From NCBI GenBank assembly GCA_938082375.1, contig CALKCJ010000025.1, positions 37,363 to 101,362 of the forward strand: DNA of 64,000 nt, read 5' to 3'. Positions 55,034 to 64,000 of this stretch are shown piece after piece. Position numbers and translations under genes: made by a program. Positions within the stretch are counted from its first letter, which is position 1. The number at the start of each line of letters is the position of its first letter. The notes below the pieces were generated by a model. That model saw only the letters and a program-made list of their open reading frames with translations, did not search any database and had not been told where the DNA came from. This DNA comes from an uncultured Thermomicrobiaceae bacterium. GTDB lineage: Bacteria > Chloroflexota > Chloroflexia > Thermomicrobiales > Thermomicrobiaceae.

Positions 55034-55705
55034 ATGGCGCGGGCAGACTGGCCGCCCGAGCGGCTGCACCGGGCACTCCGGCTCTACGTGCTGACCGACC
55101 GTGGCCTCAGCCGTGGGCGGAGCGAGATCGGGATCGTCCAGGCAGCACTGGCCGGCGGCGCGACCGCCATCCAGCTCCGCTGGAAGACCGGCCCGCTGGC
55201 CGAAGCGGTGCGCGCCGGGCGGGTGCTGCGCGAGCTGTGCTGGGAAGCCGGGGCCCTCTTCGTTGTCAACGACCGAGTCGACCTGGCACTGGCGCTCGAG
55301 GCCGACGGCGTGCACCTCGGAGTGGAAGACTTACCACTGGTCGAGGCGCGCCGGCTCGCCGGAGACCGGCTGGTCATCGGCTTCTCGCCCTCGACGCTCG
55401 AAGAGGCACTGGCGGCTGAGCGGGCTGGGGCTGATTACCTGGGCGTCGGCCCGGTCTACGGTACCGCGACCAAGGCCGACGCCGGGCCGGCCGTCGGGAT
55501 CGAGCACGTGCGGCAGATCGCCCACGCCGTGTCCATCCCGGTGGTCGGCATTGGCGGGATTACGGCGGGCAATGCCCGGCCGGTCATCGAGGCAGGGGCA
55601 GCCGGTGTGGCCGTGATCTCGGCGGTGGTCGCGGCCGATGACCCGCGAGCGGCGGCTGCCGCCCTGCGGGCGGCTGTGGATGAGGTGCTGGCAAGTCGGG
55701 CATGA
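55034..55705 (+). CDS. thiE: Thiamine-phosphate synthase
   Basis: LYVLTD, IQLRWK, NDRVDLALA, GVGPVYGTATK, VVGIGGI. Confidence 0.9.
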   Translation: MARADWPPERLHRALRLYVLTDRGLSRGRSEIGIVQAALAGGATAIQLRWKTGPLAEAVRAGRVLRELCWEAGALFVVNDRVDLALALEADGVHLGVEDLPLVEARRLAGDRLVIGFSPSTLEEALAAERAGADYLGVGPVYGTATKADAGPAVGIEHVRQIAHAVSIPVVGIGGITAGNARPVIEAGAAGVAVISAVVAADDPRAAAAALRAAVDEVLASRA

Positions 55706-56340
55706 ATGACCGCATCCCTCGCCTCCACCTGATCAGCGATCGGCGGCGCTGCCCACTCGACCATTTCCCGGCGCTCGCCCGCCTAGTGGTGGATGCCGGC
55801 ATCGATGCCGTGCACCTGCGGGAGAAGGATCTTCCCGGCGGGCTGCTGGCCGAGGCGGGGCGGGCGCTGCGCCGGGCCATCGGCGATCGGGCGCTGCTCT
55901 TCGTCAACGAGCGGGTCGACGTGGCGCTGGTCGTCGGGGCCGACGGGGTGCAGTTGCCGGAGGCCGGGCTGAGCCCGCGCCAGGTCAGGGAGATCGCCGG
56001 CTCACGCCTGCTGATCGGTCGTTCGGTCCATGACGTCGATGGCGCCGAGCGAGCAGCCGCCGAGGGTGCGGACTTCGTCATTGCGGGGAACGTCTACGAG
56101 ACCGGCAGCAAGCCGGGCCAGGCGGGACGCGGCCTGGAGTTCGTCCGCTGGCTGGCGCAGCGCTGCCCGCTGCCAGTAGTCGCGATCGGCGGCATCACCC
56201 CGGAGCGCGTGCCCGAGGTGCTACGGGCCGGCGCCTGGGGGGTGGCCGTCATTTCGGGTATCCTGGGGGATGCGAAGCCGGCCGAGGCGGCGCGGCGCTA
56301 CCGGGAAGCGCTGGACGAGGTGATCGGCAGTGGCGATTGA
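55702..56340 (+). CDS. ThiE/TenI-family paralog (possible thiazole tautomerase)
   Basis: LHLISD, VHLREK, NERVDVALV, VVAIGGI; ATGA overlap with thiE. Lacks the GVGPV..T.TK segment in its usual form (AGNVYETGSK). Confidence 0.75.
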   Translation: MNDRIPRLHLISDRRRCPLDHFPALARLVVDAGIDAVHLREKDLPGGLLAEAGRALRRAIGDRALLFVNERVDVALVVGADGVQLPEAGLSPRQVREIAGSRLLIGRSVHDVDGAERAAAEGADFVIAGNVYETGSKPGQAGRGLEFVRWLAQRCPLPVVAIGGITPERVPEVLRAGAWGVAVISGILGDAKPAEAARRYREALDEVIGSGD

Positions 56341-56536
56341 GCTCGTACTGAACGGCAAGCGGGTGGAAGTCGACGGCGTGCGTACCGTCGGCGACCTGCT
56401 GCGCCTGCGCCACCTGAACCCACGGCTCGTCGCCGTAGAGCACAACGGCCAGATCGTGCCACGTGACCAGTACGACCAGCGTGAGCTGGCGCCGGGCGAC
56501 CAGCTCGAGATCGTCCACTTCGTCGGCGGCGGCTAG
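56330..56536 (+). CDS. thiS: Sulfur carrier protein ThiS
   Basis: 68 aa ending ...EIVHFVGGG; GTG start overlapping the upstream gene. Confidence 0.9.
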   Translation: MAIELVLNGKRVEVDGVRTVGDLLRLRHLNPRLVAVEHNGQIVPRDQYDQRELAPGDQLEIVHFVGGG

Positions 56537-56615
56537 CGGTTTGTCAGGCAGCACGTGCGGTGAGGCTCAGGGGCGGGCAGTTGTGTCTCTTCGCCTGCCG
56601 TGCCGATCTTGGCTA

Positions 56616-56675
56616 CCCTCACCCCTTCCCCTCTCCCGCATGCGGGAGAGGAGGTGGCGAAGCCAGGGTGAGGGC
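56616..56675. repeat. Nested-palindrome REP element, copy 4
   Basis: CCCTCACCCCTTCCCCTCTCCCGCATGCGGGAGAGGAGG...AGGGTGAGGGC, downstream of thiS. Confidence 0.85.
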
Positions 56676-56772
56676 ACCGATCGTCCCCGGTTAGCGCATC
56701 GCATGCCAGGAGAGCGGACGCGATGCCGACGACGGAGCGCGCCGAGCTCGCCGAGTGAGGAGAGGACACACG

Positions 56773-57240
56773 ATGAGCGATACGCCGAAGCCCGCCAGGC
56801 GCGCCAGCCGGGAGAAGGCGGCTGGGGGGTTCACGGCCGAAGAACGGGCCGCGATGAAGGAGCGTGCCCAGGAGCTGAAGGCCGAAGCGCGCCGCGGCCG
56901 GCGTGCGGAGGACGACGAGCGCGCCGTACTGGCGAAGATCGCCGGGATGCCGGAGCCGGATCGCAGCATGGCCGAGCGGCTCCATGCGATCATCACAGCC
57001 AGCGCGCCAGATCTCTCGCCGAAGACCTGGTACGGGATGCCCGCGTATGCCAAGGATGGCAAGGTCGTCTGCTACTTCACCCCGGCGTCGAAGTTCAACT
57101 CGAGGTATGCGACGTTCGGCTTCACCGACACGGCGAACCTCGACGACGGCACTATGTGGCCGACCTCCTTCGCGCTGAAGGAGTTGCCCCCCGACAACGA
57201 GGCAAAGATCGTTGCGCTGGTGAAGCGAGCCGTGAGCTGA
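56773..57240 (+). CDS. DUF1801 (YdhG-like) domain protein
   Basis: ...[23 protein letters not shown]... pattern; Lys/Arg/Glu-rich N-terminal extension; GAGGAGAGGA RBS. Confidence 0.78.
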   Translation: MSDTPKPARRASREKAAGGFTAEERAAMKERAQELKAEARRGRRAEDDERAVLAKIAGMPEPDRSMAERLHAIITASAPDLSPKTWYGMPAYAKDGKVVCYFTPASKFNSRYATFGFTDTANLDDGTMWPTSFALKELPPDNEAKIVALVKRAVS

Positions 57241-57453
57241 GGGCTGAGCTCGCCGCCAGGTAAGGCCGATAACACAAGCCGGTTGTGGCACACGCCTCAT
57301 CGGTGCGCCGCGATGCAGATCACGCTGGCCGCATCCTCAGCGGGCCGCTGCGCACCATCACACGGCAGGCTCCCAGCGCAGCCTGCTTTCGGACACCGGA
57401 CGCAAGCGCTGCTGGCAGCGGCCAGCTCCCGAATCCTCAGAGCGCCCAGCCAA

Positions 57454-57867
57454 CTACGGCCGGATCAAGCGGACGGGTACCCCTGAGTCGACGGCTGCCC
57501 AACTTCGATCGGCGGTGAGTACCGCACGTCCGAGGCGGAGGCCGGTGGCCAGACAGGCGCGATCGCCGAGGGAAAGATCCTGCCCCCGAGTGGCGGCACG
57601 CAGCCGCGCGATAGCCACGGCGTCGTCCTCGGTCAGGGGTACGATCTCTCACAGACCACCAATGAGCCCCTGCTCCTGGAGATGCCGATGGGCAGCGGCC
57701 GGCTCCTCGCCTGCGTCGCCGAGCCGGGAAAGCACCTCGGCGTAGTTGACAATGTTGATCACAGCCCCAGCGGCGAGCGCCGCCTGGACGACATCGCTCC
57801 CGGGCTCTCCCTGAAGGTAGGCGAGCAAGGCCGAGGCATCCAGGACCAGGCCTTCGATCTCGTCCAT
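57454..57867 (-). pseudogene. vapC: vapC (PIN-domain toxin) interrupted by an in-frame TGA
   Basis: MDEIEGLVLDASALLAYL...QEQGLIGGL-TGA(57649-57651)-EIVPLTEDDAVAIARLRAATRGQDLSLGDRACLATGLRLGRAVLTADRSW. The PIN acidic residues are split across the stop. Confidence 0.75.
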
Positions 57868-58133
57868 CAGCGCGCGTCCTCGCGCCGGGCCTCTTCCCGT
57901 CGCTCGGCAACGAGCTCGTCGGCGAGCGAACGCCCCGGCGCGAGATCGCGGTAGAGGCCGCGGAGGCGGCGAGCCTGCTCACGCGCCGAGACGACCCGGA
58001 AGCCACCCGCTGCGTCGACAGTGATGATCAACCGATCGCCTGGATGCAGGTCGAGGCGTCTTCGGAGCCGCGCCGGTAACACCAACCGGCCACGCTCGTC
58101 CAGGACGATAGTGTAGTGCTCGATGCGATTCAT
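57867..58133 (-). CDS. vapB: AbrB/SpoVT-type antitoxin VapB
   Basis: YTIVLDERGRLVLPARLRRRLDLHPGDRLII swapped-hairpin motif; ATGA overlap with vapC. Confidence 0.85.
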   Translation of the reverse strand: MNRIEHYTIVLDERGRLVLPARLRRRLDLHPGDRLIITVDAAGGFRVVSAREQARRLRGLYRDLAPGRSLADELVAERREEARREDAR

Positions 58134-58139
58134 AAGCTA

Positions 58140-58169
58140 ATCATACCACATTTTGCTGTATGCCCACAA
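58140..58169 (-). promoter_or_regulatory. Putative vapB promoter (transcript possibly leaderless)
   Basis: Minus strand: TTGTGG-18 nt-(TGG)TATGAT, with only 6 nt between the -10 and the vapB ATG. Confidence 0.4.
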
Positions 58170-58371
58170 CCTTCATGGCATGGACAACAGCAACTATTAC
58201 CCACGCCATCCCCTGGCCTTCCACGGCGCCTGTATGTTCTCCCGGGTGCCTACACCGAGATGTCCAGGCGATCTTCGGTCGTCGCGCCCCGAGGATCGGA
58301 CTCCATGGCTGATACGTTCACGCATGGTAACGCGCGCGTCACGGTTCGGCGATCGCGCCAGGAGACCCGGA

Positions 58372-59097
58372 TCAGCGGATGCGGTAGCGTCCGCCCGGGA
58401 TCTCTTCTCGATTACGGATGACCACCGTATAGGCGAACTCGTCCTCGCTCTCCTCGCCTGGCGTCCCAGCCTGCGTCGTCCGCACGAAGAGCACACCCGG
58501 CATTACGAGCGCCGCCCAGCCGAACTGGGCAGGCCACGGCTCGACTTCGATCCCGGTGATCGCCAGCGAGCCGACCTGGGCGTCAGTTGTGACGAAGCGC
58601 TGAAGCCAGGGGCTGAGACGCGGCCCGAGCAGCCCGGCCGCCAGGATGCCGGCCAAGAAGGGCCAGAGCGTAAGCTGGCGGGTCAGCAGCAGCACAGCGA
58701 GGAAAGTGAGTGCCAGCACGAGCTGCGCAGCGACCAAGGTGGTGCCGCACCGCGGGTGGATCGCCAGTCGCCGCTCGCCAGCCCGCAGCCGCGCGAGCGC
58801 CTCCTGCGCCGCCTCCAGCACCAGGCCGGCAGGGGCACCGCCACGGATCAGAAAACCGTCCGGCTGTGCTAACCCGGTCAGCCGGCTCGGCCCGTAGCGC
58901 TCCTCGATCACGTTGATGGTCGCGTGCTCCAGCGCGTGGTTGCGCCGGAGCCGGCGATCGCGCAGGAGGCGGAGCAACTGCCCCGGCGCGGTGGCCAGGG
59001 TCACCAGTGAGGTGAGCGTTACCCCGATTGTCACCGTCAGGGCAAACAGCGCCAGCAGGACGAGCACAGCGAGGAAGATGAGTGTTAGAAACAGCAT
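58372..59097 (-). CDS. Hypothetical polytopic membrane protein with NHALEHAT and HPRCGT motifs
   Basis: N-terminal and central TM segments; conserved-looking His/Cys motifs; family not recognised with confidence. Confidence 0.6.
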   Translation of the reverse strand: MLFLTLIFLAVLVLLALFALTVTIGVTLTSLVTLATAPGQLLRLLRDRRLRRNHALEHATINVIEERYGPSRLTGLAQPDGFLIRGGAPAGLVLEAAQEALARLRAGERRLAIHPRCGTTLVAAQLVLALTFLAVLLLTRQLTLWPFLAGILAAGLLGPRLSPWLQRFVTTDAQVGSLAITGIEVEPWPAQFGWAALVMPGVLFVRTTQAGTPGEESEDEFAYTVVIRNREEIPGGRYRIR

Positions 59098-59209
59098 AGT
59101 CGGCCGATCTGATGCTTCACGCGCAGAGCATTCCCGCTAAGTATGCCATGCGCAGGCCGGGCTGTGCGACGATGACGTGCGAGCCGTGGGGCTCAATGGG
59201 CACGATCCG

Positions 59210-60274
59210 TCAGGTCACTGCTGCCAGCACCATGTTGACGACAGTCGCGAGACGGCGGACAAACGTTTCACGGCCGGTGTTGAGGTGGCAGTTCGAGACG
59301 TAGGCCAGCACCAGCTCGGCCTCTGGCTCGACCCAGACGGTGCAGCCGGTGGCCCCGCTGTGCCCGAAGCTGGCTGGCGAGAGCAAGTCGCCTTCGCCGA
59401 AGCGGCCGCCAGCCAGCTCGAAGCCGATTCCCCAGATTCCCCCAACGGCAGCAGGGCCGACCTGGTTGGAGGTCATCGTCCGGATGGCAGCCCGGGAGAG
59501 GATGCGCGCTGGCGCGTGTGGAGTGAAGAGCAAGGCGAAGCGGTGCAGGTCGGGGAGCGAGGCGACGGCTCCCCAGGCCGGGTGCGCCAGGCGCAGCCCG
59601 TAGGCGGGCCCGTACATATGGCCGGGTGTGCCCTCGGCCAGCGCGCCGGTCACCTGCGCCAGCCGGCCGGCCTCCTCCGGTGGCAACGGGAAGTAGGTCT
59701 CGCGCAGTCCCGCTGGCTCCAGCACGAGCTCCCGCACCAGCGCCGGGAAGGGACGACCGGCCGCCTCCTCGGCTGCCAGCCCGGCGATCGCGTAGCCCAG
59801 GTCACTGTAGCTGACCTGCGTGCCAGGCTGGAACTGGAGCGGCGCGCTGAAGGCGGCCTCCACCAGCTCGTCGAGCGGGAGCTGCTGGCGCAGCAGCGTC
59901 TCCATGTCCTCCGGCTCGTAGAGCAGACCGGAAGTATGGGTGAGCAGGTGACGGATAGTGACGGCCTCCCGTCCGTCGCCGTCGAACTCGGGCAGCACGG
60001 CGCGCACCGGGGTTCCCAGCGTGAGGACACCGCGCTCGACGAGCGCCATGATCGTGGCTGCGGTGTAGAGCTTGGTGAGCGAAGCCAGTGGCCAGAGTGT
60101 CCGGGGTCCAGCCGGCAGGCCTGGCGCCGCCTCTCCGCCGTACCACTCAAGGACGAGCTGGCCCCCGAGCGTCACCGTCAGCCCGGCACCAGCGACCTCA
60201 CCCGCCGCGATGAATTGGGCGACCCGTTCAGTCACGGCACCGAGCGCCTGCTGCGGCATCCTCACCTGCTCCAT
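59210..60274 (-). CDS. Serine hydrolase, beta-lactamase/PBP4*-like family
   Basis: SxxK motif LASLTKLYTAATI, YSDLGY, HSGATG (KTG-like) motifs. Confidence 0.88.
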   Translation of the reverse strand: MEQVRMPQQALGAVTERVAQFIAAGEVAGAGLTVTLGGQLVLEWYGGEAAPGLPAGPRTLWPLASLTKLYTAATIMALVERGVLTLGTPVRAVLPEFDGDGREAVTIRHLLTHTSGLLYEPEDMETLLRQQLPLDELVEAAFSAPLQFQPGTQVSYSDLGYAIAGLAAEEAAGRPFPALVRELVLEPAGLRETYFPLPPEEAGRLAQVTGALAEGTPGHMYGPAYGLRLAHPAWGAVASLPDLHRFALLFTPHAPARILSRAAIRTMTSNQVGPAAVGGIWGIGFELAGGRFGEGDLLSPASFGHSGATGCTVWVEPEAELVLAYVSNCHLNTGRETFVRRLATVVNMVLAAVT

Positions 60275-60356
60275 GTCCGCCTCCTCCAGAGTGCTGCCGG
60301 CGGCGCTATTGTCCCCGAGCCGTTGGAGACAGGCTAGCTCAGCGGGCAGCCGCGCG

Positions 60357-61196
60357 CTAGCCGCTCCGCTTGAGGCGTCCCGTCCGCTTGGCGTAGCGCT
60401 CGACGGCCGAGAACACCAGCACGCCGGCCGGGATCGTCAGCAGGCCGATCAGCAGGGTGGGCCAGAGCACCGGCCACAGTGCTGTCACCGGAGCGCCGTC
60501 CAGGATAGCGGCACGCATCCCCTCGAGCACATAGGTGGCGGGCGAGACGCGGGCTGCCGGCTGCATCCAGCCAGGCAGTACGGCGACCGGATAGTATACG
60601 CCGGACACCAGCAGCAGCACCGAGGAGATGACGAAGGTCATCTCGGCGCCGCGCTCGGTGAAGAGGAGTGGCAGCACCGCGGCCATCATCCCGACCCCGA
60701 TGAAGCTGAGGCTGCCTGCGGCGAGCACCAGTGCCGCCCCAGCCAGATTGGCGCGGCCGAGGCCGAGGCCGAAGAGCAGTGCGATGGTGCCGAGCAGCAA
60801 GGCGCTCCGAGCCAGGCCATAGAGGACGCTGAAGATCGAGACGCCCAGCAGGTGGGTCAGCCGCGAGACCGGTGCCATCATGGTGTACTCGATGGTGCCC
60901 TCCCAGCGCTCCCAGGCGATCATCTCGCTGATGATCGAGAAGATCGAGCGCAGGTACGACCAGACCAGTGTCCCGATGCCCAGGTAGAGTACCAGGTAGT
61001 CCTGGTTGGCCTGCTGTGCCTTGCCGATATACATTACGCTCAACGACGAGGCCACGGTGTAGACGGTGAACGCGACCTCCCAGCCCCAGTAGCGACGCAT
61101 CAGAAACAGGTTGCGCTCGATGAAGGCATAGGTCGCGCAGACCTCCTGCCAGAACCGCGACCTTGTACTCACTTTCGGTATGACATCGACGGTCAT
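60357..61196 (-). CDS. ABC-2 type transporter permease
   Basis: Six TM; RNLFLMRRYWGWEVAF N-terminal pattern. ATG 61196 with GGGAGG RBS; the track N-terminus is Arg/Ser-rich junk. Confidence 0.85.
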   Translation of the reverse strand: MTVDVIPKVSTRSRFWQEVCATYAFIERNLFLMRRYWGWEVAFTVYTVASSLSVMYIGKAQQANQDYLVLYLGIGTLVWSYLRSIFSIISEMIAWERWEGTIEYTMMAPVSRLTHLLGVSIFSVLYGLARSALLLGTIALLFGLGLGRANLAGAALVLAAGSLSFIGVGMMAAVLPLLFTERGAEMTFVISSVLLLVSGVYYPVAVLPGWMQPAARVSPATYVLEGMRAAILDGAPVTALWPVLWPTLLIGLLTIPAGVLVFSAVERYAKRTGRLKRSG

Positions 61197-61215
61197 CGCT
61201 GTCCTCCCAGTGCGC

Positions 61216-62064
61216 TCACGGGGCCAGCTCCACTTCGAGCGTACGGCCGGTGAGCGCCAGGAACGCCTCCTCCAGCGAGGGCGAGCCGGCGCCAGGCCGA
61301 GCGACCAGCGCCTTGAGCCGCTCGGGAGTGTCCACCGCCACCGGGCGCCCGCGGTCGAGGATGGCGATGCGGTCGCAGAGCGCCTCTGCCTCGTCCAGGT
61401 CGTGCGTACAGAGTAGGATGGTGGCGTGGTGCTCCGACCGGAGCTGCTGAACGAGCGCCTGGACGTCGCGCTTGGAGCGCGGGTCGAGCCCGGTTGTTGG
61501 CTCGTCGAGCAGCAGCAGGATGGGGCTGGTGAGGAAGGCACGGGCGATGGCGACCTTCTGCTGCATGCCCCGCGAGAACTGCTCCAGCGGCTGGTTGACC
61601 TGCTCCCGCGTGATACCCAGGCGGTCGAGAACGGCCAAGATATCGGCGCGCAGGTCGCGGCCGTGCCGCCCGTAGAGCCGGCTGGCGTAGAGCAGGTTCT
61701 CCATCGCCGAGAGCCGCTTGAAGAACGAGGCTTCGACCGAGACGCGGTTGATCAACCGTTTTACCTCACTAGCCTCGCGCACCACGTCGTAGCCGAAGAC
61801 ACGGGCTGTCCCCTGATCCGGGATCAGGAGTGTCGAGAGCACGCGCACGAGCGTCGACTTGCCCGAGCCATTGGCACCGAGGATGCCGAAGATCTCGCCG
61901 CACTCTATGCTGAAGGTAACGTTTTCCAGCGCGGTGACAACCTGGGGTTCGCTCCGGCGCAGCAGCGACCGGTGGACGAACCATTTGGTCAAGCCCTCGA
62001 CCGACACGGCGAGCGCCGGGCTGGCGGGCGAGGTCTGGCTCTGGGACACACTCATCGCGAACAC
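61216..62064 (-). CDS. ABC transporter ATP-binding protein (DrrA-like)
   Basis: Walker A GANGSGKST, signature FSRGMQQKV, Walker B LLLLDEPTTGLD. Confidence 0.92.
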   Translation of the reverse strand: MFAMSVSQSQTSPASPALAVSVEGLTKWFVHRSLLRRSEPQVVTALENVTFSIECGEIFGILGANGSGKSTLVRVLSTLLIPDQGTARVFGYDVVREASEVKRLINRVSVEASFFKRLSAMENLLYASRLYGRHGRDLRADILAVLDRLGITREQVNQPLEQFSRGMQQKVAIARAFLTSPILLLLDEPTTGLDPRSKRDVQALVQQLRSEHHATILLCTHDLDEAEALCDRIAILDRGRPVAVDTPERLKALVARPGAGSPSLEEAFLALTGRTLEVELAP

Positions 62065-62382
62065 GGCGACGAACCCCTCGATCTCCTCATGCCGGCAGGC
62101 GGAGCCATGGCAGAGACAAAGCTCCTCGCCCTCCGTGCAGGAGGCAACTGCACCTCAGGACAGGGCTGCTTGCGCAGTCTGGATCTAGAGACCGGTTGTC
62201 AGCGGCTCCGCACCATGTCCCGCCCGCCTCCCCTTGGTCGCCAGCAGCCCGTGGGTGCTGGGCTGTCTGGCATACCTCGCGTTACCGGCCGAAGTACTGG
62301 CTCAGCGCTGTGCGAGGCCGATCAGCCGGCGAGCACTGAGGGTACCACACCGTGGTCCTCGCTGGCGACGCACCGGTCGCCG

Positions 62383-62583
62383 TCACGTCTCGCGCTCAGC
62401 TTCGCCGAACTCAGGCTCCGGCTGGTGCGACTGGCGCTGGTGCTCGGCGAGCGCCGCCGCGATCGCCTCGACGATGTTGACGCAGAGCTGCTGGAAGACG
62501 CGCGAGTCCATGCCTGCCGGGGCCGGGCCGAGACCCTCCTGGAGCAGAGCGAGTAACCGCTCCCGGTCTATCCGCTGGGACAT
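62383..62583 (-). CDS. Hypothetical 66-aa protein
   Basis: GGGAGGGGG RBS before the ATG; coding-like G/C third positions; MSQRIDRERLLALLQEGLGPAPAGMDSRVFQQLCVNIVEAIAAALAEH.... Confidence 0.5.
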   Translation of the reverse strand: MSQRIDRERLLALLQEGLGPAPAGMDSRVFQQLCVNIVEAIAAALAEHQRQSHQPEPEFGEAERET

Positions 62584-62624
62584 CGACGCCCCCTCCCGCT
62601 ACCGCCGACCTACCAGGTGTCCCG

Positions 62625-62653
62625 ATTATCCCGAGCGTCGCAGGCGGATGCAA
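62625..62653 (-). promoter_or_regulatory. Putative promoter of the 66-aa ORF
   Basis: Minus strand: TTGCAT-17 nt-GATAAT. Confidence 0.4.
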
Positions 62654-62714
62654 GGCGACCACGAGCCGAGCGTTTTCCGGCTCCCCCTGATCCAGAGGCA
62701 GGCGAGCACGGCTG

Positions 62715-62752
62715 GCCCTCACCCCGCCCTCTCCCGCCACGCGGGAGCGGGG
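62715..62752. repeat. Nested-palindrome REP element, truncated copy 5
   Basis: GCCCTCACCCCGCCCTCTCCCGCCACGCGGGAGCGGGG; the right outer arm is missing. Confidence 0.7.
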
Positions 62753-62894
62753 ACTCGTGCCCACGCGCGCTGGGGCAGCACCTCGCCGTACGACCCTTGG
62801 CTCCTCGCCCACTGAGGGGGAAGGGATGCTACAAGCGGGGTGAAGGAGGTACTTGCCGGGTGAGCCCCGCGCGGGATGCAGCCAGGTACGGCTG

Positions 62895-64000
62895 TCACAG
62901 CCGCCAGTAGGCCGACTGCACCCGCCGGGCAGCCTCGACCGCAGCCTCCTGGTCGGGCCGGAAGTCGCGCTCTGCCTGCTCCAGCTCGCTGTTACCGGTG
63001 AACGGATCCCGGATTCCGGTACGCACGCCGGTGATTCCCTCGAGCACCGCGAGCGTACAGAAGGGCACGTAGCGCGGCGAGTAGCCGCCCTCCTGGACGC
63101 CAAGCAGCCGCCCGGTGCACAGCTCGTCGGCCAGTGTCCGGAAGCGCTCCGCCATCTCGCGGAAGCCGCTCATCGTCACCAGCATGCGGCCGAGCGGGTC
63201 GTCCATGCTCGGATCCTGCCCGGCCGAGAGGAAGATCATCTCCGGCTCGAACTGCCGGGCGATCGGCAGCACCACCTCGTCAAGCGCCAAAAGGTAGCCG
63301 CGCTTGCCAGTGCCAGGCGGGAGCGGCACGTTGACCGTCGCACCCTTGGCGCCCGGCCCGCCGACCTGGTCGACCGCGCCCCAGCCGGCCGGATACCAGG
63401 CGTCCTGGTGGAGGGAGACGAAGAGCACGTCCGGGTCGTCCCAGAAGGCGGCCTGGGTACCGTTGCCGTGGTGGACGTCCCAGTCGACTACCAGGAGCTT
63501 GCGCAGGCCACGCCGCTGGGCGTGCCGGGCGGCGAGCACGACGTTGTTGAAGATGCAGAAGCCCATGCCGCGATCCCGCATCGCGTGGTGACCCGGTGGG
63601 CGCAGGAGACCGTAGGCGTTGCGCGCCCGGCCATCGAGCACCGCGTCGACCAGCTCCATCGCCGCGCCGGCGGCCAGGAGCGCCGCTTCCCAGGAACCGG
63701 GGACAACCGGTGTCTCCGGATCCAGCCAGCCGCCGCGGCTGGCCGTCTCGTGAACCTGGCGGATGTAGTCCGGCGTGTGGTAGGCCAGCAACTCCTCTTC
63801 AGTGGCCGGCCGAGCGTCGACTGGGAGCAGATGCTCCATGATGCCGGAGCCGGCGATGAGCTGGGCCGTCCGCCGGGTGATGCGGACGCTTGAGGGGTGC
63901 TCGACCGGCTCCAGCGTCTCGCCGTTTGGCAGCGCGAGCTCGGCCTGCCCGGTATCGTGCTGCAGAAAGCGCGGATCGTAGGCGTACGCGGTCAGCTCCG
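62895..64000 (-). CDS. Histone deacetylase-family (AcuC/acetylpolyamine amidohydrolase-like) enzyme; 5' end at or beyond the window edge
   Basis: [31 protein letters not shown]. The frame stays open upstream of the track ATG (…[20 protein letters not shown]…) to nt 64000. Confidence 0.88.
   Translation of the reverse strand, partial: ELTAYAYDPRFLQHDTGQAELALPNGETLEPVEHPSSVRITRRTAQLIAGSGIMEHLLPVDARPATEEELLAYHTPDYIRQVHETASRGGWLDPETPVVPGSWEAALLAAGAAMELVDAVLDGRARNAYGLLRPPGHHAMRDRGMGFCIFNNVVLAARHAQRRGLRKLLVVDWDVHHGNGTQAAFWDDPDVLFVSLHQDAWYPAGWGAVDQVGGPGAKGATVNVPLPPGTGKRGYLLALDEVVLPIARQFEPEMIFLSAGQDPSMDDPLGRMLVTMSGFREMAERFRTLADELCTGRLLGVQEGGYSPRYVPFCTLAVLEGITGVRTGIRDPFTGNSELEQAERDFRPDQEAAVEAARRVQSAYWRL

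Noticed and set aside
57649-57651. Selenocysteine or programmed read-through at the vapC in-frame TGA.
   Set aside because: No SECIS-like hairpin follows the codon, and PIN toxins are not selenoproteins. A nonsense mutation of a sense codon is more parsimonious.

Overview
GC-rich bacterial chromosomal segment; third codon positions are mostly G/C. Gene content (F420-type LLM oxidoreductase, LGFP-like and Big_1 surface proteins, nested-palindrome REPs) suggests Chloroflexota, possibly Thermomicrobia-like; this is inference only. Most of the window is housekeeping: a partial GH-A glycosidase, GT2, larE-like, pnp-rpsO, ilvBNC, ispH, prs-glmU, tRNA-Gln, a peptide/nickel-type ABC importer, a TPP-riboswitch-controlled thiD-thiG-thiE-tenI-thiS operon, assorted oxidoreductases and hydrolases, and an ABC-2 exporter. 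No CRISPR array, integrase, transposase or canonical defence genes were seen. Items worth a second look: (1) a leader-peptide attenuator upstream of ilvB, below the 60-aa ORF track, with an Ile/Leu/Val run and alternative terminator/antiterminator hairpins; (2) a tightly coupled five-gene operon in which a protein with three CPxC...CxxH modules and a small HEAT protein precede MoxR-DUF58-DUF4129; (3) a consensus-like promoter driving a ~290-nt structured leader with an anti-SD element before a 63-aa ORF; (4) a ~600-nt unassigned transcribed region upstream of the ABC binding protein; (5) a nested-palindrome REP family fused to a conserved terminator hairpin; (6) decayed genes: an amidase, a vapC with an in-frame stop, and a surface protein whose signal anchor is out of frame. 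Coordinates of non-coding elements were read by eye and may be off by 1-3 nt.
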